A DNA stretch of 63,819 nucleotides, counting the filler, from Octopus bimaculoides (Eukaryota), in the NCBI RefSeq assembly GCF_001194135.2. It is 8 parts of 6 records of this genome, joined end to end, with 100 filler letters (N's around TTAATTAATTAA, not from the genome) between each part and the next. Parts side by side here need not be neighbours in the genome. Positions count along the whole stretch, not along the records: positions 39,567 to 44,273 come from NC_068996.1; positions 44,374 to 48,280 come from NW_026415975.1; positions 48,381 to 55,064 come from NC_068989.1; 5 more parts are not named here. One strand, written 5' to 3'. The number at the start of each line of letters is the position of its first letter. The first letter of the stretch is position 1. The notes under the pieces are model-generated. The model was not told the origin of the DNA. It searched no databases and worked only from the letters and a program-made list of their open reading frames with translations. Below, piece after piece: positions 39,567 to 52,053 of the stretch. The position numbers were made by a program, and so were the translations under genes.

Positions 39567-40352
39567 TTCCACAAAGGCGTTTTATAGAGGATTACTGGTG
39601 AGGAGATGCGGGTAGAATCTGGGCGACGACAGGGAACACCTGACCCGCCTGTTCAGGACAACTTTCGGGCTGGGACCAATGAACAATCACCAGAGATCCC
39701 TGGCCTGGCAGTGCTATCGGGAAGCACTGCCCGTTCGGGTATGCTCTACAGACACGGTTCGAGACACACCGGACCGACTTGTCCGAGATGCGGTCAGAGC
39801 GACGAAATCGTTCTGCAGTGTCCAACTATTTAATGCAGTGTCCAACCACTTCGGACCTGTGGGCTAATGCCGAACGGCTGCTGTCACGTGTGGGACGAGT
39901 TCGGTTATCGGCCGAGTCTATCGTGAAAATTGCTCCGCAAGGCAGTCTTCATCGTTCTGGTAGACATGGTGAAAGAATGTGTGTGGCGGACTCGAGCAAA
40001 AAGTTTATTGACAAACACTTTCCTCTCTGGCCAATTCCTCATCAACTTTTTCAAGTATCACTTGAAAAGGAAGGTGAGAATGGAGAGGCAGGTTTTGTCT
40101 CATGAAAGATTCAGTAAAAGATGGGTGAATGTAGCAAGATGGTACGCGCGAATGACGAAACCACTTTGAGCATGATCCTGTGAATCCAAAAATGAGAGAA
40201 ACAGAGCACTATGCTCTCGTAGTTTCTCCTTTCCTGCCTGAGGTTACCGTTGTCTTTTCCATAGGCTTTTCTTTCTAGGGATAAACTAAATCTGCTTTTT
40301 ACATTTTTACTCTGTTCCTCTTTTCTGTGATACACCATCCCTTTTGATCGCC
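39567..40352 (+). mobile_element. Tx1/L1-clade LINE 3' end (zf-RVT region)
   Basis: Frameshifted 'RSLAWQCYREALPVR', 'CPRCGQSDE', 'QCP...LW', 'KECVWRTR', followed by a pyrimidine-rich 3' UTR. Confidence 0.8.
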
Positions 40353-40661
40353 NNNNNNNNNNNNNNNNNNNNNNNNNNNNNNNNNNNNNNNNNNNNNNNN
40401 NNNNNNNNNNNNNNNNNNNNNNNNNNNNNNNNNNNNNNNNNNNNNNNNNNNNNNNNNNNNNNNNNNNNNNNNNNNNNNNNNNNNNNNNNNNNNNNNNNNN
40501 NNNNNNNNNNNNNNNNNNNNNNNNNNNNNNNNNNNNNNNNNNNNNNNNNNNNNNNNNNNNNNNNNNNNNNNNNNNNNNNNNNNNNNNNNNNNNNNNNNNN
40601 NNNNNNNNNNNNNNNNNNNNNNNNNNNNNNNNNNNNTATATATATATATATATATCTGTCT

Positions 40662-40699
40662 GTCTTAATGTTTCGTGCCTACACTTTTCTACAGAAAGA
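40662..40699 (-). ncRNA. Degenerate hammerhead motif, same family as 2812-2848
   Basis: Minus strand TCTTT-CTGTAGA-AAA-GTG-TAGG-CAC-GAAA-CATT-AAGAC. Confidence 0.45.
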
Positions 40700-40928
40700 A
40701 TAGATGAGGAGAGAGATCAATAAAAAGAAAAGAACAACCTTGTCTCAGTTGGACGGTCATTAATGAAATGATGAAATGATAATGATGCTATGCAAAAGAG
40801 TAGTAAATACGAAAAGAATAATAAAAATAACTTTATCAGTTTTGGTCTCTGTAATTCCAACAAGATTATTGTATCCATCCCATGAGATGTCCAGAAATTC
40901 GTGGTTCTTGTTCGAAAGATGAAATAAA

Positions 40929-41204
<276 letters not shown>

Positions 41205-41205
<1 letters not shown>

Positions 41206-42112
41206 AATTGAGGAGCGATGGAACGAGATACCTCTGCATGGACAATATATACTCCCAAGTCGAAATGCTGATGTAGATCAAGCAACAATCCATCAGTGGT
41301 TGAGAAGTTCAGAACTGAAAGCAGAGGCTGAAGGCTTCTTATTGGTGGCACAAGACAAAAGCTTACTCACAAAAAACTACTAGGCTAACGTTCTTCAAAA
41401 ACTGGTTCTGACCCTGAATGCAGATTCTGCGCCACGTTTGATGAAACAATAGACCATCACGTCTCAAGATGTGCTGTACTGACACCGAACGAATATAAAG
41501 ATTGCCACGATAGAGTCGGACAGTATTTAGACTGGAAAATATGTAAACACTACAAAATCAGCACTCCTGCGATTCGTTGAAGGTAAAAATGTCACTATCC
41601 TCTGGAATTTTCGAGTAAACATTAACAGAATGATTCAGGCTAATCGACCAGACACAATTATTAAAGACAGGAAAGAAAACACTTGTATTCTAATAGATGT
41701 AAGTGTTCCTACTGATATCTGTCAAGAAATTTGACAGACTAAGTGAATATGAGGACCTGGAAATTGAAATACAAAACATGTGGTATCTTAAAACGAGAAC
41801 TGTTCCTGTTATTGTAGGTGCCCTAGGTATGATAAAAATATGATGTCAGAAACATCTAAATAAGATCCCAGGAGAACCATGTCTCAGAGAAATCCAAAAG
41901 ATTTTGCTGACAAGTACTGCCTACATCCTTAGAAAAAACCCAATCTATTTAAATGTCTGTGTTGTATTACATGAAAATATTTCACTACTTCCTCTCCCCA
42001 AGCTTTCTGTCCTACTGTAACATTTTTTATCCTTCACTCGTCCCAGGATGTTGGGTGTGACTGGGAAAGTGACTGTAACAAAGATGCAGATTAAAAATAA
42101 TAATAATAATAA

Positions 42113-42160
<48 letters not shown>

Positions 42161-42180
42161 TAATAATAATAATAATAATA
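41205..42180 (+). mobile_element. R4/Dong-like RLE retrotransposon, 5'-truncated, frameshifted
   Basis: 'LHGQY...WLRSSELKAEAEGFLLVAQD', CCHC 'CRFC..FDETIDH..SRC', RLE 'NRPD.IIKD...CILIDVSVP', 'YEDLEIEI..MW..KT..VPVIVGALG', 'IQKILL.STAYILRK'; (AAT)n tail. Confidence 0.9.
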
Positions 42181-42186
42181 CATTCA

Positions 42187-42392
42187 AATTTTGGCACAAG
42201 GCCAGTAATTTCAGGGAAGTGGGTAAATTTGATTACGTTGATCACAATGCTCAACTGTTATTTATTTTATTGACCCCTAAATAATGAAATGCAAAATCGA
42301 CCTCGGCGTAATTTGCACGCAGAACGTGAAGAGGACGAGATACCACTAAGCATTTTGCACGACAGAGGAACGATTCTGCCATCTCACCGCCT

Positions 42393-42423
<31 letters not shown>

Positions 42424-42865
42424 CCTTTCTACTAAAGGTACAAGGCCTCAAATTTGTTGAAATGGCACTAGTCGAATACATCGATCCCAGTGTTTCACTG
42501 GTACTTAATTTTTCGACCCCGAAAAGATGAAAGGCAAAGTCGACCTCGTCGGAATTTGAACTCAGAATCTGAACGGACGAAATGCCGCTAAGCATTTCTC
42601 CCGTTCTGATAACGATTCGGCCTCTTGCACTAAGCAGATGAGATGTGACGCAGATAATCCAAAAAGGAAGGAAAAGAAAGGATATGAGTAATAAAAATAA
42701 TAAAATAATAATTCTTATAAACTTTGGCACGAAGCCCAGAAATTTTATTTGAAGTGGTCTAGTCGATTGTATTAACCCCAGTAGCAAACTGATATTCTAT
42801 ATTATTAACCTTGGAAGAATTACCGCTAGGCATTTTGTCCGACACTCTCAAGATTCTGCCAATCT
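42187..42865 (-). mobile_element. Cluster of three head-to-tail SINE family B copies
   Basis: Copies at about 42187-42393, 42423-42628 and 42720-42865 separated by (GAT)n and AAT-rich tracts. Confidence 0.8.
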
Positions 42866-43373
42866 GCATAAATTATTCTAACACGTGAAAAAATTTGGTA
42901 ATTAAACTTGCTGCCTGTTTAGCCTCATCTTCTTTCAGCCTCCCCACTATCATTTAGCCATCAGTGGCATATCATTAGCAATGCAGCAGAACGTCACGAG
43001 ACAACGGCTGAAAAAAAAAAAATAAGCAAGCCATCTGCTCTTTCGGTTGTATCGATTTAGTATTTTCAAACTTGGCTCCGTAAGTTATATGCATGTTATG
43101 CAATATTTTTATTTTGTTTTCACCATTTTTTTGTTGTTCTTTTATCTTTCTTTCTTTCTGTCTTTTTTTCTTTCATTTTTACCAGCAGTCTATTAATATT
43201 TCGTATTACTAATCAGTGCTATAATTAACTAAAAAAACAAACAAACAAACAAACAGAAACTGACTAATACATACACTGATATACACACACGCGCTTACAT
43301 GAAAAACCATTGAGATGAAGACACAAGCAAAAACAAATACAAGCCGCAAAATTGTGTGCACGAGTGTGCGAGC

Positions 43374-43438
<65 letters not shown>

Positions 43439-43679
43439 CATATGTGTGTGTGCGGCTGTGTGATAGAGACGCTGAACTTTTTTGATTAAACGCAAGCATA
43501 CAAATTTATGAAAAAATGTTATATACTAAATCATATTCGAGTTAGTAGATGATTTGATTAATCTTTGAAGTCAACCAAAATACGCCTTTACATAAGATGT
43601 ACAAATGAGAACAAAGCCATGACTGTTATTGCATTTAATACAGGAAGATGTAAGGCGAACACATGACATAATTATTATT

Positions 43680-43856
43680 AAGGCAGGCAAAATACTTAGC
43701 GGTATTCGGTTTTACGTTCTAAGTTCAAATTCCGCCCAGGTCAACTTCGCCTTTCATCCTTTAGGAGTCAATAAAATAAAAACCAGCTGAACACTCGGGT
43801 GCATGTAATCGACGTATATCCTACCACAAAATTGCTAGCTTTATGCCAAATTTTGA
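43680..43856 (+). mobile_element. SINE family B, internally deleted
   Basis: 'aaggcaggc...cttagcggtattcg...gttctaagttcaaattccgcccaggtcaacttcgcctttcatcc'. Confidence 0.75.
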
Positions 43857-44414
43857 CGTAATATAGGAAGATGCAAGCTACTGTCCAACATTTTTCTCAC
43901 AGTCATACTCTATCGCTCTGCACGTCTACACCTCTCCTTATCTGTTGCCTTTTTCAATTTCTTTCTTTGTGATTCCGATGACGTAAACAATGGCGAGCTT
44001 GCAAATGTCACCGAAACTGATCACCTTGCTGTTTACTCTGTTCTGAAGAGAAGAACTTTCTAAATAACCACATGGTTTATGTGCACAGTATATACTTTCT
44101 AAACACACGCGTCAATAAAAACATACATACATACATACATACGTATGTATGTATACGTGTGTTTGTGTTTGGCAACCGATGTTGGTGTGTTTACGTTTTC
44201 ATAACTTAGCAGTTCGACAAAAGAGAACTATAGAATATGTATATGCATATATATATATATATATATATATATANNNNNNNNNNNNNNNNNNNNNNNNNNN
44301 NNNNNNNNNNNNNNNNNTTAATTAATTAANNNNNNNNNNNNNNNNNNNNNNNNNNNNNNNNNNNNNNNNNNNNATATATATATGTGTGTGTGTGTGTGTG
44401 TGCGTGTGTGTGTA

Positions 44415-44445
<31 letters not shown>

Positions 44446-44647
44446 CTGTATGTGTGTATGTGTGAATGTATGTATGAAAGGTTTATATACCTGCGTGTAC
44501 AAGGGTGATAATACATACAGATACACGTATATATGGATGTGCATGTGTACATATACTTATGAGTACGTGTTGTAAATGTAGATATTATTATGTATAAACA
44601 TCTGTATAAATATATATATATATATACATGTCTAATATATACATATA

Positions 44648-45518
44648 CTAGCAGAAATATCCAGCGTTACCTGGATTAAAGAAAATAATGAAATTCGAAA
44701 ATGCCTTTTAGATCTGTAACATGACACATGGATTATGCAGTTCTCAACAGTAATTAGCTAAGGTACAAACTATTAATGTCAATAACATATTTTGTCCAAT
44801 GTTCTCACTGTTAAAATTGTTTAAAAAAAACAGGTAGTTCTTTGTCTTTGCACTCACCTTCAATTGTCAGTACTTATTTGAAACACATTGAACTGAAAAT
44901 GCATAAACCTGAGAAGAACCAGCCTGCAGGTACTCCTTTCCGGTTAAAAAGTACATCAACTCCATGCAAAATACATTTAAATGAGCATTCATTATAACGG
45001 CATTCCCACATGCATTCTTTTCAAGTTATTTCGATATTACACTCACTTGCCCTAAGCCTTATTGCACGCAAATGGAGAAAACGTCCACTGCGTATATATC
45101 GATCGCTGTACGCCAGCTTCTAACAGCTTTGGCTTTTTAATGCACAAAAAATTGAAATTATTTTTTTGTCTGTGCCTCTGATTAAAATTTTCGAAAAACA
45201 AACCCAGCCACATTACGTGGAAAAAATTAATCTTTATTGTGCTGGTTTTTCGTAAAATTTCGCGCATGGGAAAGGCAACAAAATCGCCCCTCCCCACTTT
45301 GAATGGGATATTTCTATCTTAAAAGGTAGTAATCGATTATCTCAGTAACCATGGCAGTTGGAGGGCAATAAAAATCTCCTGAACATGAGCGGACCATGCT
45401 GCCGCTCTGTGCTGAATTTCACGCGATTCCACTGCACCGTTCTCGAGTGAATGTGCCGACACTCACTCAATCAATCAATCAAGCAAGCAATCAAGAACAC
45501 TGCAATTTATACTATAGA
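44648..45518 (-). mobile_element. Complete non-autonomous Helitron (~871 bp)
   Basis: Minus strand starts A|TC (45518), ends CTAG|T (44648); hairpin TCCAG-6nt-CTGGA 8 nt from the 3' end; (CAAT/CAAG)n tract near the 5' end. Confidence 0.75.
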
Positions 45519-46236
45519 TATACATCTTCACATATATATTTTCTTCTACTACTAAGCACTAACCTGTCCAACCAACCTAATCTATATTCCCAAATTCTTC
45601 ATTCCATACTATTTTCCCTCTCTCTTCCCCATCGCTTAGACTCTATAACTACATAACTGACACTCCTTTACCTTTTACATTATTATACCGCTCTCTCTCT
45701 CTCTCTATCACCCTTCCATTCCTTCCATTTTTTTAAACTCTAATACCTTTCTCTCTCTATCACCCTTATCTCCCCATTCTTAGTTTCAAATTATCTTGAC
45801 TGACCACTAACTGGTACACTTTCTATTATAATCTCTCTCCTTGTTTTTCCTTTTCCTCTTTTCTTTTCTTTATTCCTCTCTTCCTGTCTTTTTCTCTCCT
45901 TTCTTTCCTTCTCTTTTTTCTTTCTCTTTTCTTCATTCCTCTTTTCCTGTTTTCGATTTGACCTTACAAATACAGTCCATACTTTTAGGTCACTTAAAAT
46001 AAAACCTTTAATTCAATAGCACTGTGTACAAACTCTATACGTGGAATGACCAATGCTAAATACTATTGGATTTTTCTCACAATGTATTGGAATCATATAT
46101 TTATACCATTCTGCCTAAATAATGGATCTACAAGTGCAATATCCCTGCATATTTCACATCTATTTTCATCGCTCCACTTCACTCTCTATTTCATATCTTA
46201 TCTAAGTTAACTATCGCTTAACCATTATCTCACACC

Positions 46237-46284
46237 GTCTTCGATGAAGGGACATAATAAATATCCTGGAAACAGCTGTAAGAC
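46237..46284 (+). ncRNA. Minimal hammerhead-like motif (U3C4 core) in PLE-like pLTR
   Basis: GTCT-TCGATGA-A-GGGA-11nt-TCCT-G-GAAA-C-AGCT-GTA^AGAC; palindrome ACAGCTGT. Confidence 0.5.
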
Positions 46285-46689
46285 CTATTTATAAATGTTC
46301 TAAAATCTTCACAGCCTTGGTTTTTTATTTTATTCTGAAAAAAAATTTATATATATGTATGCATGTATGTTTGTATGTATGTATGTACACGCACGCGAAG
46401 AAAATCTCTTGGCGCATGCTTATGCAAGTTAGTTGTTACATTCGAAAGATAAAAAAGGAAAAAAATCAGATAATAATTAGTGGGTGGGGGAAAGAGAACC
46501 TTGGAAAAAGAAAAAGAAAAAGAGAAACAGAAAGTTAGAGAAGGACAGAGATAAAATACTTAGAAGATAGTTGTAAAATGATGTTTTGCGCCACAAACAC
46601 ATAAAAATTCACACATAAAGTTACATGTATTTCTACATAAATTCAAATATACACACATAGATACGCATACATGTATACAAAAAAAATAT

Positions 46690-48240
46690 GCACGCATATA
46701 TCGCAGCATTGGTTTCTCCCGGAGGTCTCTTTCTCTTCACACGTTCCCCATATAGCATCAGTTTAGGGATCCTGCTATCCTTCATTCTAATAAGGTATCT
46801 GGTCCAACGTAACCGGTGCTTGTGCACCATCGCCTCAATACTCGAGATATCAGCTGTCCTCATGACCTGTATGCCTGGAGTTTTTAAGGTCCAGCCAACA
46901 TCCAGAATAAGTCTGAGACATCTCTGATGAAACCGTTCAAAGATACTTACATGACGTTTGTAAAGGGTCCATGTATCACATGAGTAAAGGGGCGATGTCA
47001 GTACACATGCACAGAACACAGCGATTGTTGTTTGCTTTCTGATGCCATGCTGGGACCAGACACGAGAGTGAAATACCATAAGGAATCAGTTGCTCTAAGC
47101 AGCCTGAAAGATATTTCATTATCCAGGGAACAAGAACGGTTGAGTGTGCTGCCCAGGTAGACAAACTAATCTACCACGTTCAGAATTGTTCCTTCAACCA
47201 AGATAGCTAGCTCCACATATAGATTTCCTGGGGCAGGCTGAAATACTGCAACAGTCTCGTCCAGGTTAATACTGAGTCCAAAAGCCTTGCAAGAAGCAGA
47301 AATACGATTCATGAGTATTTGCATGTCATTCATTCTATGAGTGACTAAGTCACAGTCATCTGCATAAAGGAGGTCACGAATAAGAGACTGGAAAACTTTC
47401 GAATTGGTAGCAAATCGGCACAGATTAAGGAGGCGGCCAGAAGATCGATATATGGCATATATTCCTAGAGAGCTAACCTTAGTAAAAGCATGAGTAAAAG
47501 ATGCAGCAAAGTACAAAGAAAGAGATTTGGTGTAAGGATGTCGGCCTGCTTGACACCATTCTCTACAGGAATGGGTCCCGCCATGCCTTCACCAAGATTG
47601 TCTCAAGCATCCATCCCATAGTAAAAGGATTTCAGTATAGATACAAAGTAATCTGGACATCCAAGCTTGCCAAGTCTTTTCCATCGAAAAGCCCCACTTA
47701 CAGTATCAAAGGCAATCTTTAAATCATTGGACAAGGACATCATTTAGTAGGCACCTATTCAAGCAGGTAATAATATTTGCCAGAACCTTGCCAGCAGCTG
47801 ATAGTAGAGCAATACCTCTGTAGTTACCACACAATGTTCTTGTTCCCTTTCTTTTATAGTGAGGAAGAATAATTGCATCCTTCCAGTCCTTAGGTATTAC
47901 ACCATCCCTCGACATGGCACATGAAGGGACTGTATGATGTAATCAACACCAAATTGCAAGACCAGTACAAATTACATCATTTCCAGATACCATACCAAGA
48001 TTCAATTTACTTGTTGATGTCATTACTTCATCTACTGATGGCGTGGAATTTAAGGAGCTAATGATAGGTCTTTGTAGCATATTACCCATCATTGTTTCAT
48101 CCACAACTGACCCATGGGTTTCAAAGTTCAGAGAAGTGTTCGATCTAGCGACCTGTAATTTCTGTTGATTTAGTAACTAGAGTGGAAAACTCACTAGAAA
48201 GCAAAGGAGCTGATGTGGAGCTCTTAGGCCCATACAAGTT
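46690..48240 (-). mobile_element. RTE (BovB-like) LINE ORF2 fragment with reverse transcriptase
   Basis: ORF-track peptides 'IPKDWKDAIILPHYKRKG...CGNYRGIALLS', 'RDLLYADDC', 'LERFHQRCLR-like FERFHQRCLRLIL...RLRWTRYLIRMKDSRIPK'; several frameshifts. Confidence 0.92.
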
Positions 48241-48380
48241 GAACGAAGTTTAAGTTTAAAATAATAATGAAGATAAAATTNNNNNNNNNNNNNNNNNNNN
48301 NNNNNNNNNNNNNNNNNNNNNNNNTTAATTAATTAANNNNNNNNNNNNNNNNNNNNNNNNNNNNNNNNNNNNNNNNNNNN

Positions 48381-48426
<46 letters not shown>

Positions 48427-48990
48427 GTGTGTGTTGTGTTGTGTGTGTGTGTTGTGTGTGTATGTGTGTGTTGCAAGAAGGTTTATAGAGTAATCTCCCT
48501 TTACTAAGTTTCTGGAAGCATCTGTGTCATGAAACGTAATTCTTAATTATTCAAGAAGCATAGCGTTTTTCTTGGAAGTTTCTAGAATATCTAGCATTCC
48601 ATTAATAAAAACAGCTTGCTAACCCAGCTCTTTGCTTCTTAATCGATTAGACTCAGAGCCATTCACGTCATTGCTATGTCCGTCTGTTTCTCTACGCCGC
48701 ATGACTGAAAACCACCACTTAGCTGTTACTTCTACATTTTCTATCTCTGAACTTTCTTGCATAGATTACTTCAACTAGATTCTACATTGTGATTATGTAT
48801 CATCATCGACTAGTAAATAAAATATATTGTTATGTAGTAAATATATATGTCTTAAATTTATTCTTCATCTCTGTAAGAACTCTTGTAATAATAGACACGC
48901 TGTCACATCGACACCTGGTACTGAATATATATTCCCACTACAAATGTTTGACGTAAAAGGTTCGAGACCAGCTTCTGACTGATATAATTT

Positions 48991-49320
48991 GAAGGCGTAG
49001 GCATGGTTCTATGGTTACGAAGCTCGCGTTGCATCCACGTGGTCTCGGGTTCACTCCCTCTCATATCAATCACCTTCGGGAAGTATCTTCTTATATAACA
49101 CCGCGCTAACCAAAGCCTTGTGAATGGATTTCGTTAACGGAAACTGTGTGCAAACCCATTGTAATTGTGTGAAAATGTGTATGTGTTTGAGTGTCTCTAT
49201 GATTTTTTTTGTTGCTGCTTAACAACGACGTTGGTCTGTTTACGACTCTGTAACATAGCGAGAAAAGAGAATAAAAAGAGAATAAGAACAAGACGGTACC
49301 ACAGCATGGCCGCTGTCCAA
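48991..49320 (+). mobile_element. SINE family A, degenerate
   Basis: Degenerate head and 'aaccaaagccttgtgaatggatttcgttaacggaaactg...cagcatggccgc'. Confidence 0.65.
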
Positions 49321-50324
49321 TAACAAACGATAAAATACAAACTATAAATACGTTTCAACAAGCAAGAGAAAGCAAATTCTATTCCGACGTTTCTTATTAT
49401 TCTTCCCAATTTCAAACGTGATCGTTTCATCCATTTGTGTCTCTTTCATTAACCTAAATAATTCATCACAACATTTTCAGCAAACTTCTCATGTAATTTA
49501 CAGTGATTTCATTTTGAAAGAACGTTGTAGAAATTTCGACACAAAATGTCACCCTTTATCTTTTATTATCCAACAACGATTTCAATGGATTCGGGTTTGT
49601 CATGGCATCTGCCAACTCCACGGTACATTTTGCACATCCAGCAGCGTAAGAATCACAGACAAATTTCCTTTGTGTTTGTTTATATGAAGATGCGAATCTC
49701 TTCCCATATAAAATCTGTATTATGGATCTATTGTAAAGACATCAGGCATATTTTAATATTTGTTCATACTTTCCATGTGTTTTCGCGTGATTAGATTATA
49801 TTTAACATAAGTATAAGTTCCATATCGAATTCGATCTGCCAATTAATAGAGATTTAAGAATATGAAAGATTACAGGTAGATGCGACATCATTTCTATAAA
49901 CTCTGCGTGATATGACAACCTGGGTATGCAATTATTTCTCGCCTCAGTGAAATAAATGCTTGGTGTTGAAACATAATTATAGATTTATATCTACAGCAAC
50001 AACACGTTCATTTTGAATTTACTAAAAACGTGCAAACAAACGTATTCCTTCACAGGTTCCTTCTATTCCTCGCCTCCATATGGAAAAGATGGAAAGGGAA
50101 TACATTGAATTTATTAAAGTTCGTTGCATCTATATTATTTCGAAACTGCCACCTCTTCCATTTATATCAATCCATACTCAATTTCTATTACTTCTTTAAT
50201 ATTGCATGATTTCTTGTCTGTTCAGAAATAAATTTTATCATTTAATTGGAGAAATGTTAAAAAAAGAAGAAAACAATTAGTTTTAAATCTCTGAGCGAGA
50301 AGTAAGTAGTAACTATACTACAGA

Positions 50325-50778
50325 GTAAAATATATTTGCCAACGTAAATTGGCAGTCCTGATTGAGACGATGTTACTACCTATTTTTAGCCCCAGGAAAA
50401 CATCTGTCAATTTACGTTCGCAAACAGATTTTATTCTGCAGTACTGTTATTACTTCTCGCTCAGAGATTTAAAACTAATTGTTTTCTATACGAGATCAGT
50501 GACTGTGTGTCACTTTAATAGTGCATACCTCCAACAAGGTCTAGCGTTGCCATCTCTTGCCAACGGTTATCCAGTGCTGATGAAGATAAATATCCCAGAA
50601 ACCATGGTCCTCAGGTACCGTTTAAGGCTGAGAGGAGACATTAGCTCGCTTGTTCGAGGTATAAGGACGTAGTTGTGCGTCGGTAGCCAGCTGGAAAAGA
50701 TATTTTCCTGGGGCTAAAAAAAGATGGTAATATTGTCTTACTCAGGAATGCTGACTTACGTTGGAAAATAAATTTTAC
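50325..50778. mobile_element. ~454-bp element bounded by ~80-bp imperfect inverted repeats, containing a hammerhead-like motif
   Basis: 50325-50404 versus reverse complement of 50699-50778 (18-bp perfect core tttttagccccaggaaaa); CTGATGA...GAAAC-CATG-GTC at 50577-50609. Confidence 0.6.
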
Positions 50779-50901
50779 AATGAATTTACAATAAAGTTTA
50801 CAAAGATTGCGTTAAAATACGTTAAGAGGTGCAAAGATTATTAAATTATGTGGTTTTGTATAATAGTTTCCGCGATATATATCAAATACATACATACGTA
50901 C

Positions 50902-50938
<37 letters not shown>

Positions 50939-51148
50939 TCCACTTACGTCGACAACACCAACTTAGCATGTGTACTGAAATAAAAAGTTCATTGCAACAA
51001 CCTTAATAAATAAACATGATTCTGAAGCGTGCGAAAACAGACAATGCAAGAAGAACAAATAATGTGAAATGGCTGACGACGCGCGGCCTGTTACAGCCAT
51101 AGTGAAAGTAGGAACCGCAACAAACAGTAATTGACTGAATTGGTGCTC

Positions 51149-51204
51149 TTACACATGACCTTTTACACATGACCTTTTACAGATGACCTTTTACAGATGA
51201 CCTT
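51149..51204. repeat. 14-bp tandem repeat x4 (TTACA[C/G]ATGACCTT)
   Basis: Direct reading; three units give TGACCTTT (AAAGGTCA on the minus strand). Confidence 0.95.
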
Positions 51205-52019
51205 CCAAACGACTTCTACAAGAGCAAGTGGAGTTGAAATAGGCGTTAACGCCTAAACAGCTCCATTCTCAAGTGATTGCTTATTCCCTATCAAGCAGAT
51301 TTGTTTTCAATGTGTCATTCTAGCATTGCGGATATTGATGAGGTTAAGAGCTAATCATTCTAAGTGGCTCCGCAATCAAGGAACTGCGCAATATTTCTTA
51401 AGCATTTTCAATACTGAATCGCCTTATGCATAAATTATTCTGTAGATTCTTGCAGGTTTCTCATTATCATTCTTCTCAATGAGCCGATGGTCATTATGTT
51501 GTTCTTGTACCTTTTGTGTTGTTCTTGTACCACATGTAACAATTAGCAATGTGTTCTATCATAACAGATAGTGGCAGATGATTAACTTTTAATCCTAGTT
51601 CTTGTATTAGGCTGTCTTAACCGGATTAGTAAGAACGTTAATGGGAAATGTAAGCAGATGTTGTTTTCGTATTATGTCGTAGATACTAAATATCGTGGTT
51701 CTTTTAATGTTCACTGCAGCTTCCTTTTCCAGTACGGACATAAAGATATCGTTCTCATTTTTAGTCACTTTAATTTAGTCATTCACATTGGGTCTCTGCT
51801 TGCTGAGATGAAAATATAGTTTCGAAAGCTTCCTTTGTTATAATATAAAATTCATGAACAATGGAGTATTAAGAAATGTATAAACTTCAATTTAAAAACG
51901 AAGCAAACTCTAAGGTAGCGAATGGAAGATTGAGCTGCTTCTCGACAGTGAGGCTACTTTGACTTAAATATCGTGTGTGCTACACATGAACGCTGTTAGT
52001 GCTTTTTAATGGTATTGCA

Positions 52020-52053
<34 letters not shown>

